Source of the DNA: Bacteroidales bacterium
GTDB lineage: Bacteria > Bacteroidota > Bacteroidia > Bacteroidales > FEN-979
NCBI GenBank assembly: GCA_038244085.1
Contig: JBBRTX010000016.1
Coordinates: 19,736 to 83,735, forward strand
Length of the DNA stretch: 64,000 nucleotides
Direction: 5' to 3'
The notes under the pieces are model-generated. The model did not search any database and was not told the origin of the DNA. It worked only from the letters and a program-made list of their open reading frames with translations. Positions within the stretch are counted from its first letter, which is position 1. Each line of letters starts with the position of its first letter. Both the position numbers and the translations under genes were made by a program. Positions 1-8,653 of this stretch are shown here, in pieces.

Positions 1-491
1 TTGAATTCGTGGTTCTTGAACCAGAAGCCGATCAGGAGGTAGGAACAGAGACCCACGCCTTCCCAGCCAATAAACATCACCGCGTAATTTGATCCCATCA
101 CCAGCAATACCATCGAAAAGATGAAAAGGTTCATGTAGGCGAAGAAGCGGTTGTAGCCGGGATCATCATCCATATAACCGATGGAATAGATGTGAATGAC
201 GGATCCGACGCCCGTAACGATCAATAACATCAGCGAAGAAAGCGGATCAAGCAACAAGGCAAATGGGATGTGAAGCGTGCCTGCCGAAATCCAGTCAAAT
301 AAAGTGATAACCAGAGAAGTTTCCGGATTGATGCTGAAAAAGAGGATCAGGGAAAAAACAAACGGGATCAGAACAACGGCGGGTCCGATCACAGACACCA
401 CTTTCCGGGGAATCCGCCTGAATCCTGTTCCCAGGATCAGGAAACCCGACAAGGGAAACAACAGGATCAGTATGAGTAAAAAAGCCATCAT
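1..491 (-). CDS. nuoL: NADH-quinone oxidoreductase subunit L, N-terminal part (gene runs off the left edge)
   Basis: Reverse translation from ATG at 489-491 reads MMAFLLI... and ends at the edge with ...GVGLCSYLLIGFWFKNHEF, the conserved NuoL/ND5 N-terminus. It starts 12 nt after the nuoK stop, in nuoA-to-L order. It is absent from the ORF track because it is open at the window edge. Confidence 0.85.
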   Translation of the reverse strand, partial: MMAFLLILILLFPLSGFLILGTGFRRIPRKVVSVIGPAVVLIPFVFSLILFFSINPETSLVITLFDWISAGTLHIPFALLLDPLSSLMLLIVTGVGSVIHIYSIGYMDDDPGYNRFFAYMNLFIFSMVLLVMGSNYAVMFIGWEGVGLCSYLLIGFWFKNHEF

Positions 492-503
492 CCGCAGATC
501 AGT

Positions 504-833
504 TTACCATTTTAATTTGTTAAGAATTGCGATATCGATCGAATGGGTGGTACGGTAAATAAGGACAATGATTGCCAACCCGATCGCCACCTCCGCTGCG
601 GCAACCACCATGATGAAAAAAACGAAGATCTGTCCTGCAGGATCATTCATATAAACAGAAAAAGCCGCCAGCAGGAGGTTGATGGAGTTGATCATCAACT
701 CGATGGACATCAGGATCTGCAAAGCACTTCGTTTGATCAGAACGCCGATCAACCCGACCCCAAACAAGGCGGTGCAAAAGACCAGGTATTCGCTGATCGG
801 GATGATTCTAATGGTGCTTACTACTTCATTCAT
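504..833 (-). CDS. nuoK: NADH-quinone oxidoreductase subunit K
   Basis: 109 aa with 3 TM helices and the SIELMINSINLLL and AAAEVAIGLAII motifs typical of NuoK/ND4L. Lies between nuoJ and nuoL. Confidence 0.9.
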   Translation of the reverse strand: MNEVVSTIRIIPISEYLVFCTALFGVGLIGVLIKRSALQILMSIELMINSINLLLAAFSVYMNDPAGQIFVFFIMVVAAAEVAIGLAIIVLIYRTTHSIDIAILNKLKW

Positions 834-843
834 AATTTGTTCA

Positions 844-1344
844 TCATAATTGTTCTTTTTTTCCTAAAAGTACCGCCCCAACCATGGCAGTAAGGAATAA
901 GATGGAAGCTATTTCAAACGGCAGCAGATACTGGTCAAATAGTACCCTGCCAAGGTTTTTCACCAGTCCGATCTGGGTCAGCGAAGGATCCTTTGCCACC
1001 GCAATGTCAAAACCCCTGAAGATGGCGATCAGTACGAGCATGAACAACAGCCCTGCAACGATGGCGGTTATTTTGGATAACATGGATTTGAGTGATCGCT
1101 CTTCCCGGTTGAGATTCAGCAACATCACCGTAAAAAGGAATAATACCATGATGGCGCCTGCGTAAACGATGATGTGAACCACTGCCAGAAACTGTGCATT
1201 CAGCAGGATATAATGTCCGCCAATGGCAAAAAAGGCAAGGGTCAGATAGAGCACGCTGTGGATGGGCTTTTTGGAAACCAGCACCATAACGGCTGAATAA
1301 AGCGCCATGACGGATAAAAAATAGAAGATGAAGTGTGTAAACAT
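844..1344 (-). CDS. nuoJ: NADH-quinone oxidoreductase subunit J
   Basis: 166-aa polytopic membrane protein with a NuoJ/ND6-like C-terminus (LPFEIASILFLTAMVGAVLLGKK). Directly abuts nuoI. Confidence 0.9.
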   Translation of the reverse strand: MFTHFIFYFLSVMALYSAVMVLVSKKPIHSVLYLTLAFFAIGGHYILLNAQFLAVVHIIVYAGAIMVLFLFTVMLLNLNREERSLKSMLSKITAIVAGLLFMLVLIAIFRGFDIAVAKDPSLTQIGLVKNLGRVLFDQYLLPFEIASILFLTAMVGAVLLGKKEQL

Positions 1345-1920
1345 CTACTGGTTGTGCTTCTTGGTTTTATCTTGTTTAAATTTCAGTACTTCAGGCGTCT
1401 GCCTCTTTGAAACATCCACCCGCTTATCCGGATCAAGCGGTTCCAGCAGCAACTCTTTTCCATAAACGAGCAGGTTACGCTGATACTCCGAAGGTACGAG
1501 TTCTTTGGTCAGGAAAATGGCTTCTTTCGGACAGGCCTCTTCACAGAAACCGCAAAAGATGCAGCGTAACATATCGATTTCATAGGTTGCCGCATATTTC
1601 TCCTCCCGGTAAAGGTGTTCTTCTCCGGGCTTTCTCTCGCCCGATGTCATGGTGATCGCTTCTGCGGGACAGGCGACTGCACAAAGCCCGCAGGAAGTGC
1701 ATCTTTCACGTCCTTCATCGTCTCTCTTCAGAACATGCTTGCCGCGGTAAATATCGGAAAATTCTCTTTTGACCTCAGGATAACGAATGGTGGTTTTTTT
1801 TGTGAAAAGATGCCCCAGGGTTATCCACATCCCGCCCAGGATGGCAGGGAAATAGATCTTCTCCCAGAAGGTCATCTGTTTGTTCGAGACTTGTTTTGAT
1901 CTTTTTGTGATCAGGCGCAT
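1345..1920 (-). CDS. nuoI: NADH-quinone oxidoreductase subunit I (2x[4Fe-4S])
   Basis: Two ferredoxin motifs, CTSCGLCAVACP and CIFCGFCEEACP. An internal ATG at 1875 (MTFWEKIYF...) may be the true start. Confidence 0.9.
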   Translation of the reverse strand: MRLITKRSKQVSNKQMTFWEKIYFPAILGGMWITLGHLFTKKTTIRYPEVKREFSDIYRGKHVLKRDDEGRERCTSCGLCAVACPAEAITMTSGERKPGEEHLYREEKYAATYEIDMLRCIFCGFCEEACPKEAIFLTKELVPSEYQRNLLVYGKELLLEPLDPDKRVDVSKRQTPEVLKFKQDKTKKHNQ

Positions 1921-1953
1921 TCGCTTTGTCTTATTTTTCTAAAAAAGTAATTC

Positions 1954-2976
1954 TTACAATTTCAACAGTATCATGACTCCCGTAACCAGGATATTCAGTA
2001 TGGCCAGCGGGATCAGGGACTTCCAGCCAAGACGCATCAGCTGGTCAAACCTGAAACGGGGCAGGGTCCACCTTACCCACATGAATATGAATCCAATAAA
2101 GGTGATCTTGGCAAACAAGATCAGGAAGCCCGCAATCGCCATCCCATTGGCTGAAAGTCCCAGCCGGTCGATGCCGGGAAAGTGATATCCCCCTAGGAAC
2201 AGCGTAGAGATCACTGCCCCCGAGATAAACATATTGATGTACTCGGAAAAGAGGTAAAATCCCAGTTTCATGCTGCTGTATTCCGTATGATATCCTCCCA
2301 CCAGCTCGGTTTCACACTCCGGCAGGTCAAAAGGTGAACGGTTGGTCTCGGCGAAAGCACAAACCAGGAAGATGATGAATGCCAGTGGCTGATAAAAGAT
2401 ATTCCAGTGAATTCCCTGCTGCTGATCGACGATTTCCTGCAGATTCAGGCTTCCCGACATCATCACCACGGAGATGATGGCAAGGCTCATCGCCAGTTCA
2501 TAGCTGATCATCTGTGAAGAGGCACGAACGGCGCCCAGTAACGCGTATTTGTTGTTGGATGCCCATCCCCCGATCATGATTCCGTAAACACCCGTCGATA
2601 AGATCGCAAATATGTAAAGAACCCCGATGTTGATATTTGCAACCTGCAGCGGGTAAACCTGTCCATTGATGATTAGTGGTGAACCCCAAGGAATGGCGGC
2701 ACTTGTCAGCAGGGCAATCAACATGGTAAGCGACGGACCCAGGATATAGAGAAACTTATCTGCCGTATTCGGCATAAATTCCTCTTTAAAAAACAGCTTT
2801 AACCCGTCGGCCAGCGGCTGGAATAAGCCAAAAGGACCTGCCCGGTCAGGCCCGAGACGGTCCTGGAAAAAGCCGGCCACCTTGCGCTCGATCAGCGTTG
2901 AATACATGGCAACCAACAGGCTGATGATCAGTATCATCGAGGCAAGTAAGGTCTTATAAATGATGTATATGGTCAT
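1954..2976 (-). CDS. nuoH: NADH-quinone oxidoreductase subunit H
   Basis: 340 aa with NuoH/ND1 signatures GPFGLFQPLADGLKLF and ETNRSPFDLPECETELVGGYHTEYS. Confidence 0.95.
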   Translation of the reverse strand: MTIYIIYKTLLASMILIISLLVAMYSTLIERKVAGFFQDRLGPDRAGPFGLFQPLADGLKLFFKEEFMPNTADKFLYILGPSLTMLIALLTSAAIPWGSPLIINGQVYPLQVANINIGVLYIFAILSTGVYGIMIGGWASNNKYALLGAVRASSQMISYELAMSLAIISVVMMSGSLNLQEIVDQQQGIHWNIFYQPLAFIIFLVCAFAETNRSPFDLPECETELVGGYHTEYSSMKLGFYLFSEYINMFISGAVISTLFLGGYHFPGIDRLGLSANGMAIAGFLILFAKITFIGFIFMWVRWTLPRFRFDQLMRLGWKSLIPLAILNILVTGVMILLKL

Positions 2977-2995
2977 GTATCGCTAATTCGCTAAG

Positions 2996-3958
2996 TCACT
3001 TTTCTTTCATCTCCCCTTCAATGGGATCGATCACGTGCGGTTCCTTGGATTTCTCATAATGATTGGCCGAGATGACAGATTGCCGTTTGATCTTACGCGG
3101 TCCTTCAATGATCCAGTCGGTCAGCTCCTTTTTCTCAAACCTGCATTCATTACAGATATACTCCTCCACTTCCCCGTACCGATCTTTTCTTCCGGTGATG
3201 CGGTAAATCTCATTCCCGAACATCCAGGCCGCCACCTTACCGGAACATTTCGGGCAATCACGATGGGCATCCATCGGTTTCAGAAACCAGACACGGCTTT
3301 TGAACCGGAAAGTCCGGTCGGTCAGGGCGCCAACCGGGCAAACATCAATGACGTTTCCCGAAAAGTCGTTCTCAATGACATTACTGATATAAGTGCTGAT
3401 TTCGGATGCATCGCCGCGGTAAAGCACCCCGTGAACTCTTTTATCCGTGATCTGGTCTGCCAAATAAACACAGCGGAAACAGAGAATGCAACGGTTCATA
3501 TTTAACTTGATGGTGGTGCCGATATCGATCGCGGGAAATTCGCGGCGTGCCTCTTCTGTCCGGGTATCATCCTCACCATGCCCGTAACTCAGATCCTGGA
3601 GGTCGCATTCGCCGGCCTGGTCACAGACGGGACAATCGAGCGGATGGTTAAGCAGCAGGAATTCCACCACCCCTCTCCGGGCTTCGAGCACTTCGGGAGA
3701 GGTGATATTCTGAACGACCATTCCTTCCTGGACCGGTGTGCTGCATGAAGCCACCAGCTTGGGCATCGGTCGGGGATCTTTATCCGAAGTGATCGCGACT
3801 TTTACCAGGCAGCTTCTGCATTTGCCACCGGTTCCTGCGAGTTTTGAATAATAACACATCGCCGGAGGTACGATAGCACCACCGATTTTACGGGCAGCCT
3901 GGAGGATCGTAGTTCCTTCTTCTACTTCAACGGGGAAATTATCAATGACGACTTTCAT
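2996..3958 (-). CDS. nuoG: NADH-quinone oxidoreductase subunit G, short form (N-terminal Fe-S domains only)
   Basis: 320 aa. Contains a 2Fe-2S region (CYYSKLAGTGGKCRSC...C), a His-ligated cluster motif HPLDCPVCDQAGEC, and CILCFRCV...CPVGAL. It ends about 100 aa later with CPKC-x30-CNEC and has no molybdopterin-oxidoreductase-like domain. Position between nuoF and nuoH. Confidence 0.8.
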   Translation of the reverse strand: MKVVIDNFPVEVEEGTTILQAARKIGGAIVPPAMCYYSKLAGTGGKCRSCLVKVAITSDKDPRPMPKLVASCSTPVQEGMVVQNITSPEVLEARRGVVEFLLLNHPLDCPVCDQAGECDLQDLSYGHGEDDTRTEEARREFPAIDIGTTIKLNMNRCILCFRCVYLADQITDKRVHGVLYRGDASEISTYISNVIENDFSGNVIDVCPVGALTDRTFRFKSRVWFLKPMDAHRDCPKCSGKVAAWMFGNEIYRITGRKDRYGEVEEYICNECRFEKKELTDWIIEGPRKIKRQSVISANHYEKSKEPHVIDPIEGEMKEK

Positions 3959-3960
3959 CT

Positions 3961-5316
3961 TTATCGGTACTGCATTCCGGAAACCGGCAACTGAACCAGG
4001 GATCCATGATTAATATTTCTCACAATGTCGGGATGTTCCACATGAAATTCAAATTCATTCCTGAAATGCCTGATGGCGCTGGCCACCGGCCAAGCCGCGG
4101 CATCCCCCAACGGACAGATCGTATTTCCTTCGATGTTGCCGGCAATATTGACCAGGAGATCCAGGTGGGCCATTTTCCCTTCACCGTGTTCAATCTTGTA
4201 CAGGATCTTCTCCATCCACCCCGTTCCTTCGCGACATGGCGAACATTGTCCGCAGGATTCATGCCGGTAAAACCTGGCAAAATTCAGCGTATTTCTCACC
4301 ATGCAGGCATCCTCGTCATAAACGATGAACCCGCCGGATCCCAGCATGGTTCCGCTGTCGAAATCGCCTTCCTGCAACGACTCGTAAGTCATCAACCGTT
4401 GCCTTCCGGCGGCCGTTCTGATGATGAGCTCCGCCGGCAAGACGGGGACGGATGAACCACCCGCAACGACTGCCTTTAACCGTTTCCCATTACGGATTCC
4501 TCCGCAATATTCTTCGGAATAGATAAAATCTTCAACGGGCAAACCCATTTCGATCTCGTACACACCGGGTTTGTTGATATTCCCGCAGGCTGAAATCAGC
4601 TTTGTACCGGTACTTCTGCCTTTCCCGATGGCAGCATAAGCCTCTCCGCCCATATTGATGATCGGTCCGACCGCTGCAAGTGTCTCCACATTGTTCACCA
4701 CCGTGGGACAATCGTAAAGACCTTTGTAAGCCGGAAAAGGAGGCTTATTCCTGGGATAACCCTTTTTGCCTTCCAGGGATTCAAGCAAAGCGGTCTCTTC
4801 TCCGCAGATATAGGCACCGGCGCCGGGATGAACATAAATGTCAAGGGAAAAAGAGGAGCCCCGGATGTTTTTTCCTAAAAATCCGTTATCATGGGCTTCC
4901 CGGATCGCGTTTTCAAGGATTCCCATGATCTGCTTAAACTCGCCGCGAATGTAAATGTAGCAAGTGTTGACACCAAGAGCATAGCTTGAAATGATCAGTC
5001 CTTCAATCAGCAGATGCGGAAGATATTCCATCAGGTACCGGTCCTTGAAGGTTCCGGGCTCACTCTCATCAGCATTACAAACCAGGTAATGCGGCTTGCT
5101 GGTTTTCCGGTCGAGGAAACTCCATTTCAGACCAGTGGCAAACCCTGCTCCTCCACGACCCCGTAATCCGGACTTTGTCACTTCCTGGTTTACCTCGTTG
5201 GGGGTCATTTCTTTCAACGCCTTATCGACAGAATTATATCCTCCGTTCTGACGGTAAACCTCAAAACGGATGATCCCGGGAATTCCGATTTTCTCTAACA
5301 GAATTTGTCTACCCAT
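3961..5316 (-). CDS. nuoF: NADH-quinone oxidoreductase subunit F (FMN/NADH-binding)
   Basis: 451 aa with GLRGRGGAGFATGLKW (FMN/NADH site) and ESCGQCSPCREG (4Fe-4S N3) motifs. Confidence 0.95.
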   Translation of the reverse strand: MGRQILLEKIGIPGIIRFEVYRQNGGYNSVDKALKEMTPNEVNQEVTKSGLRGRGGAGFATGLKWSFLDRKTSKPHYLVCNADESEPGTFKDRYLMEYLPHLLIEGLIISSYALGVNTCYIYIRGEFKQIMGILENAIREAHDNGFLGKNIRGSSFSLDIYVHPGAGAYICGEETALLESLEGKKGYPRNKPPFPAYKGLYDCPTVVNNVETLAAVGPIINMGGEAYAAIGKGRSTGTKLISACGNINKPGVYEIEMGLPVEDFIYSEEYCGGIRNGKRLKAVVAGGSSVPVLPAELIIRTAAGRQRLMTYESLQEGDFDSGTMLGSGGFIVYDEDACMVRNTLNFARFYRHESCGQCSPCREGTGWMEKILYKIEHGEGKMAHLDLLVNIAGNIEGNTICPLGDAAAWPVASAIRHFRNEFEFHVEHPDIVRNINHGSLVQLPVSGMQYR

Positions 5317-5885
5317 CTGTCCCCTTCCGGTTTTTCATTCATTGCTTTTGACCGGAGATCTTCAATGATGTTATCGATCTTCTCCGTGGTCAGGTATTCG
5401 TAAAATTCGTTATTTATCTGCATCACCGGGGCATAACCGCAGGCGCCGAGGCATTCCACGGCACGCAGCGTAAATAAACCATCCGGCGTAGTCGCTTCCA
5501 ACTCCACATTCAACTTCTTCTTCAGGTATTCCAGGATGTGTTCCCCGCCACAGATGGCGCAAGGACCGGTCTGACATACCTCAACAACATATTTGCCTGT
5601 CTTTTTCAGGTAAAACATCGAGTAAAAAGTAGCTACTTCATAGACTTCAATCGGCGCTATCCCGAGAATTGAGGCAACATAATCCATCACATCCACGCTG
5701 AGATAGCCGCCCAGTTCCTCCTGCGCTATCTGCAATACCGGCAGGAGAGCGGATTTCTGCTTTCCTTCCGGATAACGCTGTATGATTTTCCTGATACAAA
5801 CCATCGTTTCATCAGAGAAAGAAACTTCTTTATTCTCTTGGATGAATAATTGGTGATCTACGATATTTCCCTTAACCCCGCTCAT
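5295..5885 (-). CDS. nuoE: NADH-quinone oxidoreductase subunit E (2Fe-2S)
   Basis: 196 aa with thioredoxin-like 2Fe-2S cysteines (CQTGPCAICGG ... CLGACGYAP). Overlaps the nuoF start by 22 nt. Confidence 0.9.
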   Translation of the reverse strand: MSGVKGNIVDHQLFIQENKEVSFSDETMVCIRKIIQRYPEGKQKSALLPVLQIAQEELGGYLSVDVMDYVASILGIAPIEVYEVATFYSMFYLKKTGKYVVEVCQTGPCAICGGEHILEYLKKKLNVELEATTPDGLFTLRAVECLGACGYAPVMQINNEFYEYLTTEKIDNIIEDLRSKAMNEKPEGDRWVDKFC

Positions 5886-5917
5886 ATCAATTCAATGTAT
5901 CATATTCAATCTTATGA

Positions 5918-7093
5918 TCACGCATCCAATTCTCCGGCAATCACGTTCATACTGCTCATCGTGAGGATGGCATCTGAAAGTACACCGCCTTTGATCATTT
6001 CCGGATAAGCCTGGTAATATATGAAACAAGGCCGCCGGAAATGTAACCGGTAAGGTGTTCTTCCACCATCGCTGACGAGGTAAAACCCCAGTTCACCATT
6101 CCCGCCTTCCACCGCATGATATACCTCCCCTTTCGGAGCATCAATCTCACCCATAACGATCTTAAAATGCCAGATCAGTGGCTCCATCTGGTTGTAAACA
6201 GCCTCCTTCGGCGGAAGGTAAAAGCCGGGAACATCCACATGAAAATTCCCTTGCGGTAGATTATCCAATGCATTCCGTATCAGTTTCAGGCTCTGCCACA
6301 TTTCCTCCTGGCGAACGCAAAATCGGTCGTAGGTGTCACCATTAGACCCAACCGGAATGATGAAATCAAAATCATCATAGGAACTGTAATGATTCATCAC
6401 CCTCACATCATAATCCACCCCGGCAGCCCGTAAATTCGGACCGGTGAAGCCATAACTCAAAGCTCGTTCTGCGGAAATGGGGCCGACACCGATGGTTCGG
6501 TCCATGAAGATCCGGTTACGCATCAGCAGTTTTTCAAATTCTTCAAGGATCTTTGGCAGCCGGTCCAGCAATTCGCTGATTTTTTTCAGCACTTCCGGGT
6601 TGAAATCTCTCTCGAACCCCCCGATACGGCCGATGTTCGTGGTCAGCCTGGCTCCACAGATCTGTTCATAGATCTCGTAAATCTTTTCCCTTTCCTGGAA
6701 TACATAAATGAATCCCGTCAATGCACCACTGTCAACGCCGATCACACTGTTGCAGACGAGGTGGTCGGTAATCCTTGCCAACTCCATGATGATGATCCGC
6801 ATGTAGTCGATGCGCTTGGTGGTTTTCACGCCGAGAAGTTTCTCAACCGTCATCTGCCAACCGATGTTGTTAATGGGCGAGGAACAGTAATTCATCCGGT
6901 CGGTGAGCGTGGTGATCTGGTAAAAAGGCCTTCTTTCTGCAATTTTCTCAAATGCACGGTGAATATACCCGATCGTTTGCTCGGCATCAATAATTTTCTC
7001 ACCCTGCATTGTCAGCACGTTCTGAAAAATACCGTGCGTGGCCGGATGCGTCGGGCCAAAGTTCAGTGTAGTATTTAAGTTGTTTTCTGACAA
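5918..7093 (-). CDS. nuoD: NADH-quinone oxidoreductase subunit D
   Basis: 391 aa in the 49-kDa/NuoD family (LNFGPTHPATHG near the N-terminus, C-terminal ...NVIAGELDA). Confidence 0.95.
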   Translation of the reverse strand: MSENNLNTTLNFGPTHPATHGIFQNVLTMQGEKIIDAEQTIGYIHRAFEKIAERRPFYQITTLTDRMNYCSSPINNIGWQMTVEKLLGVKTTKRIDYMRIIIMELARITDHLVCNSVIGVDSGALTGFIYVFQEREKIYEIYEQICGARLTTNIGRIGGFERDFNPEVLKKISELLDRLPKILEEFEKLLMRNRIFMDRTIGVGPISAERALSYGFTGPNLRAAGVDYDVRVMNHYSSYDDFDFIIPVGSNGDTYDRFCVRQEEMWQSLKLIRNALDNLPQGNFHVDVPGFYLPPKEAVYNQMEPLIWHFKIVMGEIDAPKGEVYHAVEGGNGELGFYLVSDGGRTPYRLHFRRPCFIYYQAYPEMIKGGVLSDAILTMSSMNVIAGELDA

Positions 7094-7108
7094 GTGAAAA
7101 AGCTTAAG

Positions 7109-7600
7109 TTATCTGCCGAAAAATCGGTCATCTTTATCCTCCCGGGTCCGGTCTTCCAGGGGAAATTCCTTCCGCATGGGGAAATAATCCATATAATCCA
7201 CATTGAGGATCCGCTTCAGGTTTGGATGTCCGGCAAACAGGATCCCATAGAAATCATAGGTTTCGCGTTCCATCCAATTGGCTCCGGCAAAAAGATCGGT
7301 CATCGTGCTGACCTCAGGTCTATCCAGCGAAACAAAAGTTTTAATCCGAATCCTTTTGTTCTCATAAAAATTATGCAAGTGATAAATTACGCCAAGTGGC
7401 AATACGCTATTGGGATAATGAATTCCACAAATATCCGTCAGGAACCCAAAGTTCAAGGGTTCATTCCTGAGAAAGGCAATCACGTCATGAATAATTTCTT
7501 TCCCAACGATCACCGTCAACAGATCCGATTTCTCATCCACTTCAACGATACCATCGTTAAAACGGTTGATCAGCGCGGTGATTATGAATTTATTTTCCAT
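7109..7600 (-). CDS. nuoC: NADH-quinone oxidoreductase subunit C
   Basis: 163 aa in the 30-kDa subunit family (ERETYDFYGILFAGHPNLKRIL). Confidence 0.9.
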   Translation of the reverse strand: MENKFIITALINRFNDGIVEVDEKSDLLTVIVGKEIIHDVIAFLRNEPLNFGFLTDICGIHYPNSVLPLGVIYHLHNFYENKRIRIKTFVSLDRPEVSTMTDLFAGANWMERETYDFYGILFAGHPNLKRILNVDYMDYFPMRKEFPLEDRTREDKDDRFFGR

Positions 7601-7633
7601 TTCTTTAATGATAATCTGCCGGAACCTTTCCGA

Positions 7634-8188
7634 TCAGATCCCGTAACTCTTTAACAATTCCCTGTATTCGGGCGAATTTCTTCTTCTGAGTGATTCTTTC
7701 CCCACCAGTTCCTGTACTTTCATAAAGCCTTCGATCACCTGTTCTGGTCTGGGCGGACAACCCGGGATATAAATATCTACCGGAACAATCCGGTCGATGC
7801 CCTGGAGCACGCTGTAGGTGTCGAAAATACCTCCGCTGGAAGCACAGGCCCCCATTGCCAGAACCCAGCGGGGTTCAGCCATCTGGATGTAAACCTGCTG
7901 CACGACGGGTCCCATTTTCTTCGCAATCGTACCCATTACCATGAGGAGGTCCGCCTGTCGCGGGCTGAAACTGAGCCTTTCAGAACCAAATCTCCCGAGA
8001 TCATAGTGCGCTCCCATGGTGGCCATGAATTCAATTCCGCAGCAGGAAGTTGCAAACGGCAATGGCCAGATCGAATTTTTCCGGGCAAGACCGATCACCT
8101 TATCAAAAGTGGTGGCAAAAAACCCCGGACCTGAATGGCCATCAGGCGGATCCACCTTATTGTATACCGGTATGGTGTTATCGTTCAT
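7634..8188 (-). CDS. nuoB: NADH-quinone oxidoreductase subunit B
   Basis: 184 aa with the N2-cluster cysteines SCCGIEFMA, GACASSGG and PGCPPRPE. 4-nt overlap with nuoA. Confidence 0.95.
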   Translation of the reverse strand: MNDNTIPVYNKVDPPDGHSGPGFFATTFDKVIGLARKNSIWPLPFATSCCGIEFMATMGAHYDLGRFGSERLSFSPRQADLLMVMGTIAKKMGPVVQQVYIQMAEPRWVLAMGACASSGGIFDTYSVLQGIDRIVPVDIYIPGCPPRPEQVIEGFMKVQELVGKESLRRRNSPEYRELLKSYGI

Positions 8189-8571
8189 TCCTTATCCCAG
8201 TTTAATGCGCCCTTTTTGATGATGTAATAGAAACCAAACAACAGGAATGCAAGGAATAACAACATCTCCATAAATCCTGCCCATCCCGTTTCCTTAAAAT
8301 TGACAGCCCATGGATAAAAGAAGATGATTTCTACATCAAAAAGCACAAAAAGGATCGCGATCAGAAAATACTGTACGGAAAAGGGAAAGCGGGCATTGCC
8401 TTTCACCTCGATCCCGCATTCGAAATTTTCCTCTTTCCTTAAAGTATGGACCTTCTTCCTCTTACCTCCGACAAAATGGGTAAGCGTCATGGTAATCGCA
8501 ACGAAACCAAAGACAACCACTGATTGTATCAGGATCGGCAGGTAATCTGAGGGATAAAAAGACGGGTCCAT
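8185..8571 (-). CDS. nuoA: NADH-quinone oxidoreductase subunit A
   Basis: 128 aa with 3 TM helices and the ECGIE...FDVEIIFFYPWA motif. First gene of operon 1. Confidence 0.9.
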   Translation of the reverse strand: MDPSFYPSDYLPILIQSVVVFGFVAITMTLTHFVGGKRKKVHTLRKEENFECGIEVKGNARFPFSVQYFLIAILFVLFDVEIIFFYPWAVNFKETGWAGFMEMLLFLAFLLFGFYYIIKKGALNWDKE

Positions 8572-8588
8572 AGCTTAGGATTACCTTA

Positions 8589-8596
8589 CAAAATTA
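8589..8596 (-). promoter_or_regulatory. Bacteroidota-type -7 box (TAATTTTG) upstream of nuoA, operon 1
   Basis: Exact match to TAnnTTTG on the minus strand, 17 nt upstream of the nuoA ATG. Confidence 0.4.
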
Positions 8597-8653
8597 GTAT
8601 TTATCAGTAAAAATAAACATTTTATTAAGATTAATTACAAATTGAGACGGGAA

